20,035 nt of DNA from a virus. Below the pieces are notes generated by a model, which searched no databases, had not been told where the DNA came from, and saw only the letters and a list, made by a program, of their open reading frames with translations. This document shows positions 1-8,472 of this stretch, piece after piece. The DNA is taken from the IMG/VR virus record IMGVR_UViG_3300029258_001506, positions 1 to 20,035 of that record, one strand, 5' to 3'. A program made the position numbers and the translations under genes. Each line of letters starts with the position of its first letter. Position 1 is the first letter of the stretch.

Positions 1-3000
1 TGGGGACGCGCGGTTGTACCTGTACGACGACGGTGCGAACGTCGGCGTTCGGCTTGGCGCGGCGGTTGACTCATACTTTATGGGTGGGAAGGTCGGGATT
101 GGTATCGATACTCCCGATACCCTATTGCATGTTGAAAGCGGTACAGCAGGAACAGTAACTCCTATCGGAAATACTAAATTAACTGTTGAGGCAGATAATA
201 CTGCTTACATTTCGATCCTCACACCAGATGCCAATGAGCGCGGGATCATTTTTGGCGAGCCAACCAGCAATGTGGCGGGCGGTGTCATCTACAATACGGC
301 GACCAATGCCGATGGTTTGCAGTTCCGTGTAAATGGCAATACCCCGGCAATAGATATTGAGTCTGATGGTACGCTACATGCGCTAACAACCGATTACGAG
401 AACTTGGTCACCCATGACGACGACATCCCGAATAAGAAGTACGTTGACGACGCGATCTCAGTAGAGGATCTTTGGGACAGAAGTAGCCCGTACACGTATC
501 TGGCGAACGCTGGGGATACGGTTGGGATCGGTGTTAGCGATCCAGATGGTAAGTTGACGATCAAGTCGGCTGGTTTGGGGAGCACGCCGTTCCGCATCGA
601 GCGATCAGCGAACGGCAACACGCTTGCCTATCTTTACGAGGACGCAGACGGCGACGCGCTGTACTATCTTTACGACAAGACGAACAACGTCGGCGTTCGT
701 CTGCATACCGCCGGTCTGTCGTACATCAACGGCAGCGGTAACAATCTGGCAGTTGGTAGCGACACCGATACCGGGCACCGGTTCCAAGTATGGGTCGACA
801 GCGACACGGTTTACAGCGCAGCGGCGATCCCGACGACGCAGGGAGCGCTGATCTACAACAACGGCGACAGCCTGACCGATGGCATGTTCTCGTCGCTCGT
901 GTTCCGAGTGCTCTCGAACACCTCGAACTCACTCGGCGCGATCAATCTGGTGCAGCCTCTCGACACATCTACGGGGAGCGAGTTTGCGTTCCAACTTCGC
1001 AACGACTCGGCCGCGTACTTCGAGGCGATGCGGATCGACAAGACCGGCCAGGTTGGCATCGGACTCGACCCGGCCGCGATGCTCGACATCAAGTCGAGCG
1101 GCACTGCGTCGAATGTGTTACGTATCGAGAATAGTGCCAACACAAACGCGCTATTGCTGGTTCAAGAGGACAGCGGCGGGGACGCGCGGTTGCATCTATA
1201 CGACGACTCGGGAAACGTTAGGATCAGGCTTGGCGCAGCGGTTCATTCATGGGTTAATGGTCTTAACTTCGGTGTCGGAAGTTCGACCGACAGTGGGCAC
1301 AAGTTCCAAGTTTACGTAGACAACGATAACCAATATAGCGCGGGGTCCGTCACAGCCACCGATGCGATGATTTACAACTTGTCGGATGGAGCGCTGGCGA
1401 ACGAGTTTTCCAGTCTCCGATTGCAGACAAGCTCCGACGACGGCACCACCAAATCGATCGGCGTGATCAACTTGATCCAGCCGACGAGCAGTGCGTATGG
1501 CTCGGAGTTTGCATTCCAGCTGCGGAACGATGGGGGCAACTACTTCGAGGCGATGCGGATCAAGAAGGACGGCGACATCGGGTTCGGAACGGATGACCCT
1601 CCGTATTCCTATGCGACCCTTGGTGCGTCGGCGCGGTATGTCTCGATTTACGCGGGCAGCGTACCGACTGCGCTGGAATTGGGAACCACCACCAGCACGG
1701 ACGGCAACCCGGTTGGCGTGGTGCAGTGGACCAACAAGGCCAATGCGGACTACGCCAACAACGATGCGGACGGCAGGATCGTCGCGCAGATCACAACCGA
1801 GATCGAAACTACCGACGGTAATGCTGACGACGACAGCGGCGGGCACTGGAAAGTCTACACCAAGCCTGAGGCCGGCTCGCTGACCGAACGTTTTTCGATC
1901 GCTGGTAGTGGGTTAATTGTCGGTGGGGCCGGTTCGCCGACATACGTCAGCGGCAACGGTGCCCTACTAGTCGAGTCGCTTGAGGTCAAGGGCAACAGCT
2001 ACCTGCTCGGGAACACGTACCATGATGGCGACGTTGGGCTACTCGATGATTTTGAGTTGGTGTTCGGCACCGGCAGCGATTCGATCATAGTCTGGGATAC
2101 CTCGCAGACTCCGAACTCGTGGATGTTTGGGACAAGTTCCGAAAGCAATGCCCTGATAATTGCTGAGAAAGCGGATATTGACGCTTCTTACGATTTCTCT
2201 CATGGATTGCAAACCAATCCAACGCTTTACATCCATAGCGCCAATCAATCTGGCACTGAGTATATTGCCTTTAGGCACAACGCTACCGAGGGCGTGGTTA
2301 CTACTGGTGCAGGGCCGCTAAAACTAACCCCTGCCACTTACGTCCGCGTGGGTACTGGCACCCCGCAGATCGTCAACACCGCTGGCGAGCTATTTGTAAC
2401 GAACCGCCTGGAGGTGGGTACGGAGGTGCACACCGAGAACGTGCACATTCGGGATCTCGGGACCGCGACTTATGGTCGGTTCCAGTTCGTTGCGGATGAT
2501 GGGTTGCATCTCGGCATCGGTTGGAACGACGGATTTGCCAACCGCAACTTTATGTTGGTGGACTATGCGAATATTAGCGACGACTACGACCACCAACCGG
2601 CAAGTTCACATCCGACATTCATCATTCACAGCGCGACAGCGGCGGCGGGCGGGACCGACCAATATATGTCGCTGTATCATACTACCGGAGGTGCATACGT
2701 TTCGACAGGAGCGGCTCCGCTTTATCTGCAACCTTCAAATGTAGTTATCGTAGGGTCTGGTTCTGGAAGTAGTGCAACCGGTGCTGGTGACTTGTATGTC
2801 CAAGATGCGATCGAAGCCAGCGGCGCGATCTACGCAAACGCTTCGGTCAACATTTCGGACGACACGTCCTGGCTCCAACTGAGCGCGGCCAGCGGCGCGA
2901 ACATCGAGCTTTACGGCTCGACCCATGGCAGCCAAGCGAACAATGCGTTTTATGACGCAAATGTTCACACGTTCCGGTCGGCGGCCGGTGCTTCCACATC

Positions 3001-5512
3001 GATGACGCTCACGCCTGGAACGTCGCTGCTCGCGCACGTCGATACCGGGGTCGGTGTTAGTGGCGCACCGCAGGGCCGGCTGGAAGTGCGCGAGGATCAG
3101 GACGGTGCACCGACTCGATTGATCATCAACAATAATGGAAACATTGAAGCGGGGACCGGCGCGCGGCTGTCGTTCTACTATGGCACGACCGAGGCCGCGT
3201 TCATCGAATACAACCAAGACGGCAGCGGTGATATGGAGATCACCAACAACGGTTCCGGCGAGATCATCATCACCACCGGACAGGAAGTCCAGATCGGATC
3301 TAACACCACGTCGCACAGCATCGGCGCGGGGTCGCTGCTTGTATCGGACGCTTTGGAGGCCGACGGGATCATCTATGCAGACGGCGGCATCGATCACACC
3401 AACGGCACCGACAACTTCAAGGTGACTTACGTCGGCGCGAACAATACCACGTTCGCGGCGTCAGTCGAAAGCTGGACGGCGTACAGCAACAAGAACATCG
3501 ACCTTTACGCAGTTACGGACTTGGATCTCGACGGGGCCAACGTTCAGATCGACGGCACGACCACGGTTACGATCGACAACGCGACCACCGGGACCGGCGT
3601 CTACGTCCAGGGTGTCCAGTTTTACGACGGCGAGGCCGGCGTCAAGAACATCGAGTGGGACTACAACACCGCGTCGGCGCTTGGTGTGCTGGACATTCGG
3701 TCGACCAACAGCGGCGCGACCAGCACGGCCAACCTGCGACTGTGGGCCGACGACGACATCATGCTCCAGTGCGAGGACATCGCCTTGAACGCCTCGCAGT
3801 CGATCACAGCGCCGATTACGATGACCTTCTCCGAGGACATCCAGATCGCTGGTGACAAGAAGATTTACAGCAACGTCGGCCAGACCGGCTCGATTGTGCT
3901 GAGGAATCAGTACCAGACCTACGATGCGATGACGTTCCACACCGGAACGGAGAGCGGTCAAATTCTGATCACCGCGTATGCGAATTGGGACGACAATTAC
4001 GCGCACGCACAGTCGACTAACCCCACGTTCATCATTCACAGCGCGACGGCAGCGGCGACGGCCACGAATGAATATGTGTCGATCTACCACGCCGGCACCG
4101 GGCAGAACGGTTACATCACGACCGGCACTGGCAACCTGTCATTGCAGCCGGCGACCTATGTTCGTGTGGGCAGCGGAACGCCGGGCGTTGTCTCGGCAGC
4201 GGGGGAGATGCTGGTCAGCGGCGATCTTGAAGTGCGCAAGGATCAGGACGGCGCACCGACCCGATTGATCATCAACAACGACGGCAACGTCGAGGCGGGG
4301 ACCGGCGCGCGGCTGTCGTTCTACTACGGCACGACCGAGGCCGCGTTCATTGAGTACAACCAAGACGGCTCCGGTGATATGGAGATCACCAACAACGGCA
4401 GCGGCGAGATCGTCATCACCACCGGCGGCGAGGTTCAGATCGGGGCGGGCAGCCCAACCCTTGCAACGGGTGCCGGCGACCTGTACGTGTCTTCGGATGC
4501 AGAGATCGACGGCATTCTGTACGCGGACGGCGGGATCACGATCACGGACGACACCAGCGGCCTCGACATCGCGGCAGCCAGCGGGGCGAATATTCATCTG
4601 CGCGGATCGACTCATGCCACCCAGGCCAATCAAGCCTACTACGACGCCACGCTGCACACGTTCCGCGACGAGGGGGGGAGCACCGCCTCGTTGACGATCA
4701 CGCCGGGAACCTCGATCGTAGCAGCCGACACCATCTACGCCGATGGCGACATCATCAACAGTAGTGGTGTTCTGACCCTTAATCCGGTCACGTACACACG
4801 CATTGGGAACGTCGGCACGACGTCCCACTCCCTCGGTGCTGACGATCTACTCGCAAGCGGCGATCTAGAGGTCGACGGCGTCAGCTACTTCGACGGCACG
4901 GCGACATTCTACAGTTCGGTGACCGTCGATGCCTCGATGAAGTTCACCAATGACAACCCGCTCCGATTCGGCACTGCGCCCAACTGCGCGATCGAGTGGA
5001 ACACTGACGGCGGCACCGACTCCTGGCGGTTTGGTGTGGACGAGACAAACCGTACGCTCGTCGTTTGTGATTACGGCGATATGGCTGAGGACTTCGGACT
5101 TATCGCGTTCAGCCATCCTACGATCGTGGTCCATGACGCCAGCACCACCGACGAGAACTACTTTGCGGTGCAGCACGATGGCACTGATTACGGAACAGCG
5201 GTCGGATCTGGCAGTTCGTACACGAATCATATGGCCCCGGTCAGTCTGGCCGACGATGGCACGTTCGATCTACCTGGCAACAGCGCTGGCTGGATCAACT
5301 TCGTCGTCGGCGACATGGATGCGTACGGGATCGTGTATTGGGACACCAGCGAGGTCGTGACGCTCGGCGCGTGCAGCTCGAACGTCACGAACGCCGACAC
5401 CGACGCGTACTTCTGCCTGTTCGACAACACGGGGAAGGTAACGGTCAAGAACCGGCTCGGCGCGGCGAAGAAGGTGATGTTCGATTACCACTTCACGACG
5501 AGCCCGACCTAG
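1..5512 (+). CDS. Very long modular tail fibre / receptor-binding protein (5'-truncated, >1830 aa)
   Basis: Frame is open from base 2 (GDARLYLYDD...), so the real start lies upstream of the window. Gly/Thr/Asp-rich beta-type sequence with repeated VGIG..P...L.I fibre motifs, a DIPNKKYVD collar-like motif and several internal duplicated modules. Lies next to baseplate and fibre genes. Confidence 0.85.
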   Translation, partial: GDARLYLYDDGANVGVRLGAAVDSYFMGGKVGIGIDTPDTLLHVESGTAGTVTPIGNTKLTVEADNTAYISILTPDANERGIIFGEPTSNVAGGVIYNTATNADGLQFRVNGNTPAIDIESDGTLHALTTDYENLVTHDDDIPNKKYVDDAISVEDLWDRSSPYTYLANAGDTVGIGVSDPDGKLTIKSAGLGSTPFRIERSANGNTLAYLYEDADGDALYYLYDKTNNVGVRLHTAGLSYINGSGNNLAVGSDTDTGHRFQVWVDSDTVYSAAAIPTTQGALIYNNGDSLTDGMFSSLVFRVLSNTSNSLGAINLVQPLDTSTGSEFAFQLRNDSAAYFEAMRIDKTGQVGIGLDPAAMLDIKSSGTASNVLRIENSANTNALLLVQEDSGGDARLHLYDDSGNVRIRLGAAVHSWVNGLNFGVGSSTDSGHKFQVYVDNDNQYSAGSVTATDAMIYNLSDGALANEFSSLRLQTSSDDGTTKSIGVINLIQPTSSAYGSEFAFQLRNDGGNYFEAMRIKKDGDIGFGTDDPPYSYATLGASARYVSIYAGSVPTALELGTTTSTDGNPVGVVQWTNKANADYANNDADGRIVAQITTEIETTDGNADDDSGGHWKVYTKPEAGSLTERFSIAGSGLIVGGAGSPTYVSGNGALLVESLEVKGNSYLLGNTYHDGDVGLLDDFELVFGTGSDSIIVWDTSQTPNSWMFGTSSESNALIIAEKADIDASYDFSHGLQTNPTLYIHSANQSGTEYIAFRHNATEGVVTTGAGPLKLTPATYVRVGTGTPQIVNTAGELFVTNRLEVGTEVHTENVHIRDLGTATYGRFQFVADDGLHLGIGWNDGFANRNFMLVDYANISDDYDHQPASSHPTFIIHSATAAAGGTDQYMSLYHTTGGAYVSTGAAPLYLQPSNVVIVGSGSGSSATGAGDLYVQDAIEASGAIYANASVNISDDTSWLQLSAASGANIELYGSTHGSQANNAFYDANVHTFRSAAGASTSMTLTPGTSLLAHVDTGVGVSGAPQGRLEVREDQDGAPTRLIINNNGNIEAGTGARLSFYYGTTEAAFIEYNQDGSGDMEITNNGSGEIIITTGQEVQIGSNTTSHSIGAGSLLVSDALEADGIIYADGGIDHTNGTDNFKVTYVGANNTTFAASVESWTAYSNKNIDLYAVTDLDLDGANVQIDGTTTVTIDNATTGTGVYVQGVQFYDGEAGVKNIEWDYNTASALGVLDIRSTNSGATSTANLRLWADDDIMLQCEDIALNASQSITAPITMTFSEDIQIAGDKKIYSNVGQTGSIVLRNQYQTYDAMTFHTGTESGQILITAYANWDDNYAHAQSTNPTFIIHSATAAATATNEYVSIYHAGTGQNGYITTGTGNLSLQPATYVRVGSGTPGVVSAAGEMLVSGDLEVRKDQDGAPTRLIINNDGNVEAGTGARLSFYYGTTEAAFIEYNQDGSGDMEITNNGSGEIVITTGGEVQIGAGSPTLATGAGDLYVSSDAEIDGILYADGGITITDDTSGLDIAAASGANIHLRGSTHATQANQAYYDATLHTFRDEGGSTASLTITPGTSIVAADTIYADGDIINSSGVLTLNPVTYTRIGNVGTTSHSLGADDLLASGDLEVDGVSYFDGTATFYSSVTVDASMKFTNDNPLRFGTAPNCAIEWNTDGGTDSWRFGVDETNRTLVVCDYGDMAEDFGLIAFSHPTIVVHDASTTDENYFAVQHDGTDYGTAVGSGSSYTNHMAPVSLADDGTFDLPGNSAGWINFVVGDMDAYGIVYWDTSEVVTLGACSSNVTNADTDAYFCLFDNTGKVTVKNRLGAAKKVMFDYHFTTSPT
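3083..4443 (+). repeat. Dispersed ~215 bp direct repeat inside the fibre gene (3083-3297 and 4229-4443)
   Basis: EVREDQDGAPTRLIINNNGNIEAGTGARLSFYYGTTEAAFIEYNQDGSGDMEITNNGSGEII vs EVRKDQDGAPTRLIINNDGNVEAGTGARLSFYYGTTEAAFIEYNQDGSGDMEITNNGSGEIV; differences are mostly synonymous. Confidence 0.95.
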
Positions 5513-5521
5513 GAGATAGCA

Positions 5522-5713
5522 ATGGGAGCACCCGCACAGGTCATCAACAACACGGTCCATTACGTCGAGGGCGATGCGTCGGCGCCTGGCAATTCGAATG
5601 AGGACAAGGAGTTCAGCATCGACGCGCTGGACGCGGAAATTATTCGGACCGAGGAGAGACTGCTGCGACTCCGGGGACAGCGAGAAGCGTTCTCTAAGTC
5701 CAGCGGTCAGTAA
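5522..5713 (+). CDS. Small hypothetical protein with C-terminal coiled coil
   Basis: AGGAG RBS overlaps the upstream stop codon. 63 aa, with a heptad-like IDALDAEIIRTEERLLRLRGQRE segment. Confidence 0.7.
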   Translation: MGAPAQVINNTVHYVEGDASAPGNSNEDKEFSIDALDAEIIRTEERLLRLRGQREAFSKSSGQ

Positions 5714-5758
5714 CAATAGCCAGACCCTGATAGGGGCGGCGGAAAGGCAGGGGCGACG

Positions 5759-6325
5759 ATGATAGTCAAGTGGAGAAGGGGCGAGATTTTCGAGGCGGAG
5801 AAGGCCAGCAACTTGCTGGCGGCGAGCAAAACCAAGATGAAGGGCGCGCTGGTGATCGCGGCGAACCGTCGGCTGATCAAAATCCAGGCCGACGATCTGC
5901 GAGAGGCGACCCAGCGAGAGGCGACCGATCAGGATCGGGAGTACAACGACCGGATCGAGGAACTGCGCCAGAAGTTCGCGGCGCGCGCTGCGGACGGCAA
6001 GCTGATCGAGGACGAGCAGGGGACCAAACTCGCCGACGTTGGAGGGTACGCCGAGGCGAAGAAGGCGCTCGACGAGGAGTTCGCCGACCTGCTCGAGGAG
6101 CGGCGCGAGTTCATGCGTGAGCGCAACGAGTTGATGAAAGAAGAAGTTGAAATCGTGCTGCACGAGATGAAGCTCGACCTGTTGCCGAAGCAGCTCGAAC
6201 CGGCCCAGCTCGGTCCGCTGTTTATGCTCGTGACCGGGACCGACCTCCCGAAGCTCGAGCAGCTCGAGGAGCCGAAGAAGGGCAGCGACGAGGACGACGA
6301 GGACGACGACGGAGACGAGGACTAG
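5759..6325 (+). CDS. Helical coiled-coil protein, possibly DUF1617-like / fibre-associated chaperone
   Basis: 188 aa, charged and helical with an acidic tail. The pattern (GEIFEA...L...KMKG...IA.N.R.IK) and position after a fibre gene resemble small phage proteins seen at this locus. Family assignment is by recollection only. Confidence 0.6.
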   Translation: MIVKWRRGEIFEAEKASNLLAASKTKMKGALVIAANRRLIKIQADDLREATQREATDQDREYNDRIEELRQKFAARAADGKLIEDEQGTKLADVGGYAEAKKALDEEFADLLEERREFMRERNELMKEEVEIVLHEMKLDLLPKQLEPAQLGPLFMLVTGTDLPKLEQLEEPKKGSDEDDEDDDGDED

Positions 6326-6328
6326 CAG

Positions 6329-8461
6329 ATGACCGTGACGGTCGAGCAGGTACTGGCGACCCTTTCCCTCGAGGAAGCGTCGCTCGCGACGGTGTCCGGG
6401 GCGCTGGTGCTGATCCTCCGGGATCCGCAACCGAACGATTCCGCCGCACCGATCGGCTCGACTGTCGGTGTCCGCGTCGTCGACCTCGAAGCCGATCCCG
6501 CGCTCGGCTCCTGGGGTCGAGTGGTCACCGTCCAGATCGACCAGGGGGCCGGCTGGGAGACCGCGTACTCGACGGCCAGTGGATTCGGCGCGGCCTGGAA
6601 CGGGGCCGACAGCGCGGTCTCCTCGCACGCCTCGAGTGATCCGTACGCGTACATCGACATCGTCTGCGACCAGACCGGCGCGGGGATGTTCGACGGCGAG
6701 GAAACGGTGCAGGTCCGGGTCGTCTGCGAGGGGGGCGGGTTCGGGCACGCATCGTTCGGTCACTACCCGTTCGGGAGTCCGCCGGCGGCGGCCGAGCTGG
6801 ACGAGACGTGGAGCTTCGTCACCGAGGACACGACCTCGCCGCGGCTGCTCTCGGCCGAGGCGATCGATCAGGTCACGGTCCGGGCCACATTCGACGACGC
6901 GATGACGGGGACCAGCCCGGACGGCCGGGCCGCGGCGAACACCTCCGGAACAGAGACCTGGGATCTTTCCAGCGGCGGTGAAACCCTGACGGTCAAGGTC
7001 GACGGGGGCACCGAGCAGACGGTGACCTTCGCCGTCGACATGTGGCTCGATCCTAGCGCCGTCACGGCGGCTGAGCTGGCGTACAACCTCTCGGCCCTGG
7101 TGTCGGGAGGGGTCGCCGAGGAGACGGTCTCAGGGGCCGTCTCGTTGCTCTCAGAGACGGTCGGCGATGACTCGAGCATCCAGATCACCGGGGGGACGGC
7201 GAACACCGAGTTGTCTTTTCCGACCACACTGCAAACCGGCTCGTTCACCGGCGCGGCCGAGGCGGCGAACTACACCTTCACCAGGCAGAACGTTTACCCG
7301 GCCGTGGCCGTCAACCTCGAGGCCGTGTCCGTCGCGTTCGTCGACGGCTCCGGTCAGACGCAGGTCGACATCACGGTCGACTGGCCGATGACTCCGGACG
7401 CTCCGTACCAGCTCACCGTCGACAGCGACCTCACCGACACGTCGGAGAACACCATCGACGGGGACTACCTGACCGCGAGCTTCTCCGGGTTCGTCCCGGA
7501 TTGGCCGGCGCTGCGCAGCACGGAGATCAAGCTCCCGCAGACCATCTGGGATCGGGATTACCAGCAGGTCGCGCGCGCGCTGCTCAACATCTTCCAGGAA
7601 GCCGAGGATCTGACGGTCACGACGATCGACCAGTTCCTCGAGCAGCTTGACCCGGACAGGATGGTCGAGTCGATTATCGACCTGGCGCTGTACGGTATGG
7701 GAAACCCGTTCACCCGTGCCGAACTGGACCTGACCGCGCACGAGAAGAAGAAGCTCCTCGACCTGCTCCCGGTACTGTACCAGTACAAGGGGCTCGGCGT
7801 CGGCATCGAGGCGGCGATCCAGCTCCTGCTCGGCCTGGACGTGCAGGTCGTGCCGTGGGTCTCCGACGGCTGGCGGCTCGGCGAGGACTACCTCGGCGAC
7901 ACGTTCCCGGCCGAGGTCGTCGCCGGCAACGCCGAGACCTACAACCTGACGGGAGGCGGGACGCTCACGGTCAGCATCGACGGCGGATCGGACCAGACGG
8001 TGACGTTCGTTGACGGCGATTTCGACACGCCGTCGGCCGCGCTCGCCGAGGAAGTCGCCGCGGTGATCGTGGCCCAGCTCGTCGGCGGGTCAGCGGCGGA
8101 GACCGACCCGGGGACCGGGGCCGCGGTAACCATCACCTCGACGCTCTGGGGACCGGAGGCGTCGGTGCAGGTCACCGGCGGGACGGCGAACAGCGCGCTC
8201 GGGTTCGACACGACGAAGCACCACGGCGGCGGCGGATGCCTGCTCGCGCCGAGCACCAGCCGCGCGATCCGTACCTTTGACATCGAAGTGCAGTCGTCGG
8301 TAACATCGACACAAGAGTCGATCATTTGTTGGATCGCTACGTACATGAAGGCAGTAAACGAACACGTCGGAGAGATCCGCACCGCCCGAACCGTACCAAC
8401 ATCCGACGAGTGGTCTCTCGGTGACAGCCGGCTCGGCGAGGGGACGATCCTCGGAGAGTAG
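6329..8461 (+). CDS. Baseplate/tail protein: Ig-like domain plus P2 gpI-like (phage tail) domain, with two inserted copies of a beta domain
   Basis: DTTSPRLLSA...VRATFDDAM...ANYTF is Ig-like. LDPD...LALYGMGNPF...KKKLLDLLPVLYQYKGLGVGIEAAIQLLLG...YMKAVNEHV is the gpI-like baseplate wedge pattern. W.LG.S/D.LG motifs resemble myxobacterial prophage tail proteins. Confidence 0.8.
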   Translation: MTVTVEQVLATLSLEEASLATVSGALVLILRDPQPNDSAAPIGSTVGVRVVDLEADPALGSWGRVVTVQIDQGAGWETAYSTASGFGAAWNGADSAVSSHASSDPYAYIDIVCDQTGAGMFDGEETVQVRVVCEGGGFGHASFGHYPFGSPPAAAELDETWSFVTEDTTSPRLLSAEAIDQVTVRATFDDAMTGTSPDGRAAANTSGTETWDLSSGGETLTVKVDGGTEQTVTFAVDMWLDPSAVTAAELAYNLSALVSGGVAEETVSGAVSLLSETVGDDSSIQITGGTANTELSFPTTLQTGSFTGAAEAANYTFTRQNVYPAVAVNLEAVSVAFVDGSGQTQVDITVDWPMTPDAPYQLTVDSDLTDTSENTIDGDYLTASFSGFVPDWPALRSTEIKLPQTIWDRDYQQVARALLNIFQEAEDLTVTTIDQFLEQLDPDRMVESIIDLALYGMGNPFTRAELDLTAHEKKKLLDLLPVLYQYKGLGVGIEAAIQLLLGLDVQVVPWVSDGWRLGEDYLGDTFPAEVVAGNAETYNLTGGGTLTVSIDGGSDQTVTFVDGDFDTPSAALAEEVAAVIVAQLVGGSAAETDPGTGAAVTITSTLWGPEASVQVTGGTANSALGFDTTKHHGGGGCLLAPSTSRAIRTFDIEVQSSVTSTQESIICWIATYMKAVNEHVGEIRTARTVPTSDEWSLGDSRLGEGTILGE

Positions 8462-8472
8462 AGGAGAACATC

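Noticed and set aside
3083-4443. Repeat pair as a diversity-generating retroelement TR/VR
   Set aside because: Differences are mostly synonymous C/T and other changes, not adenine-specific. Both copies are in frame mid-gene, and no reverse transcriptase is in the window.
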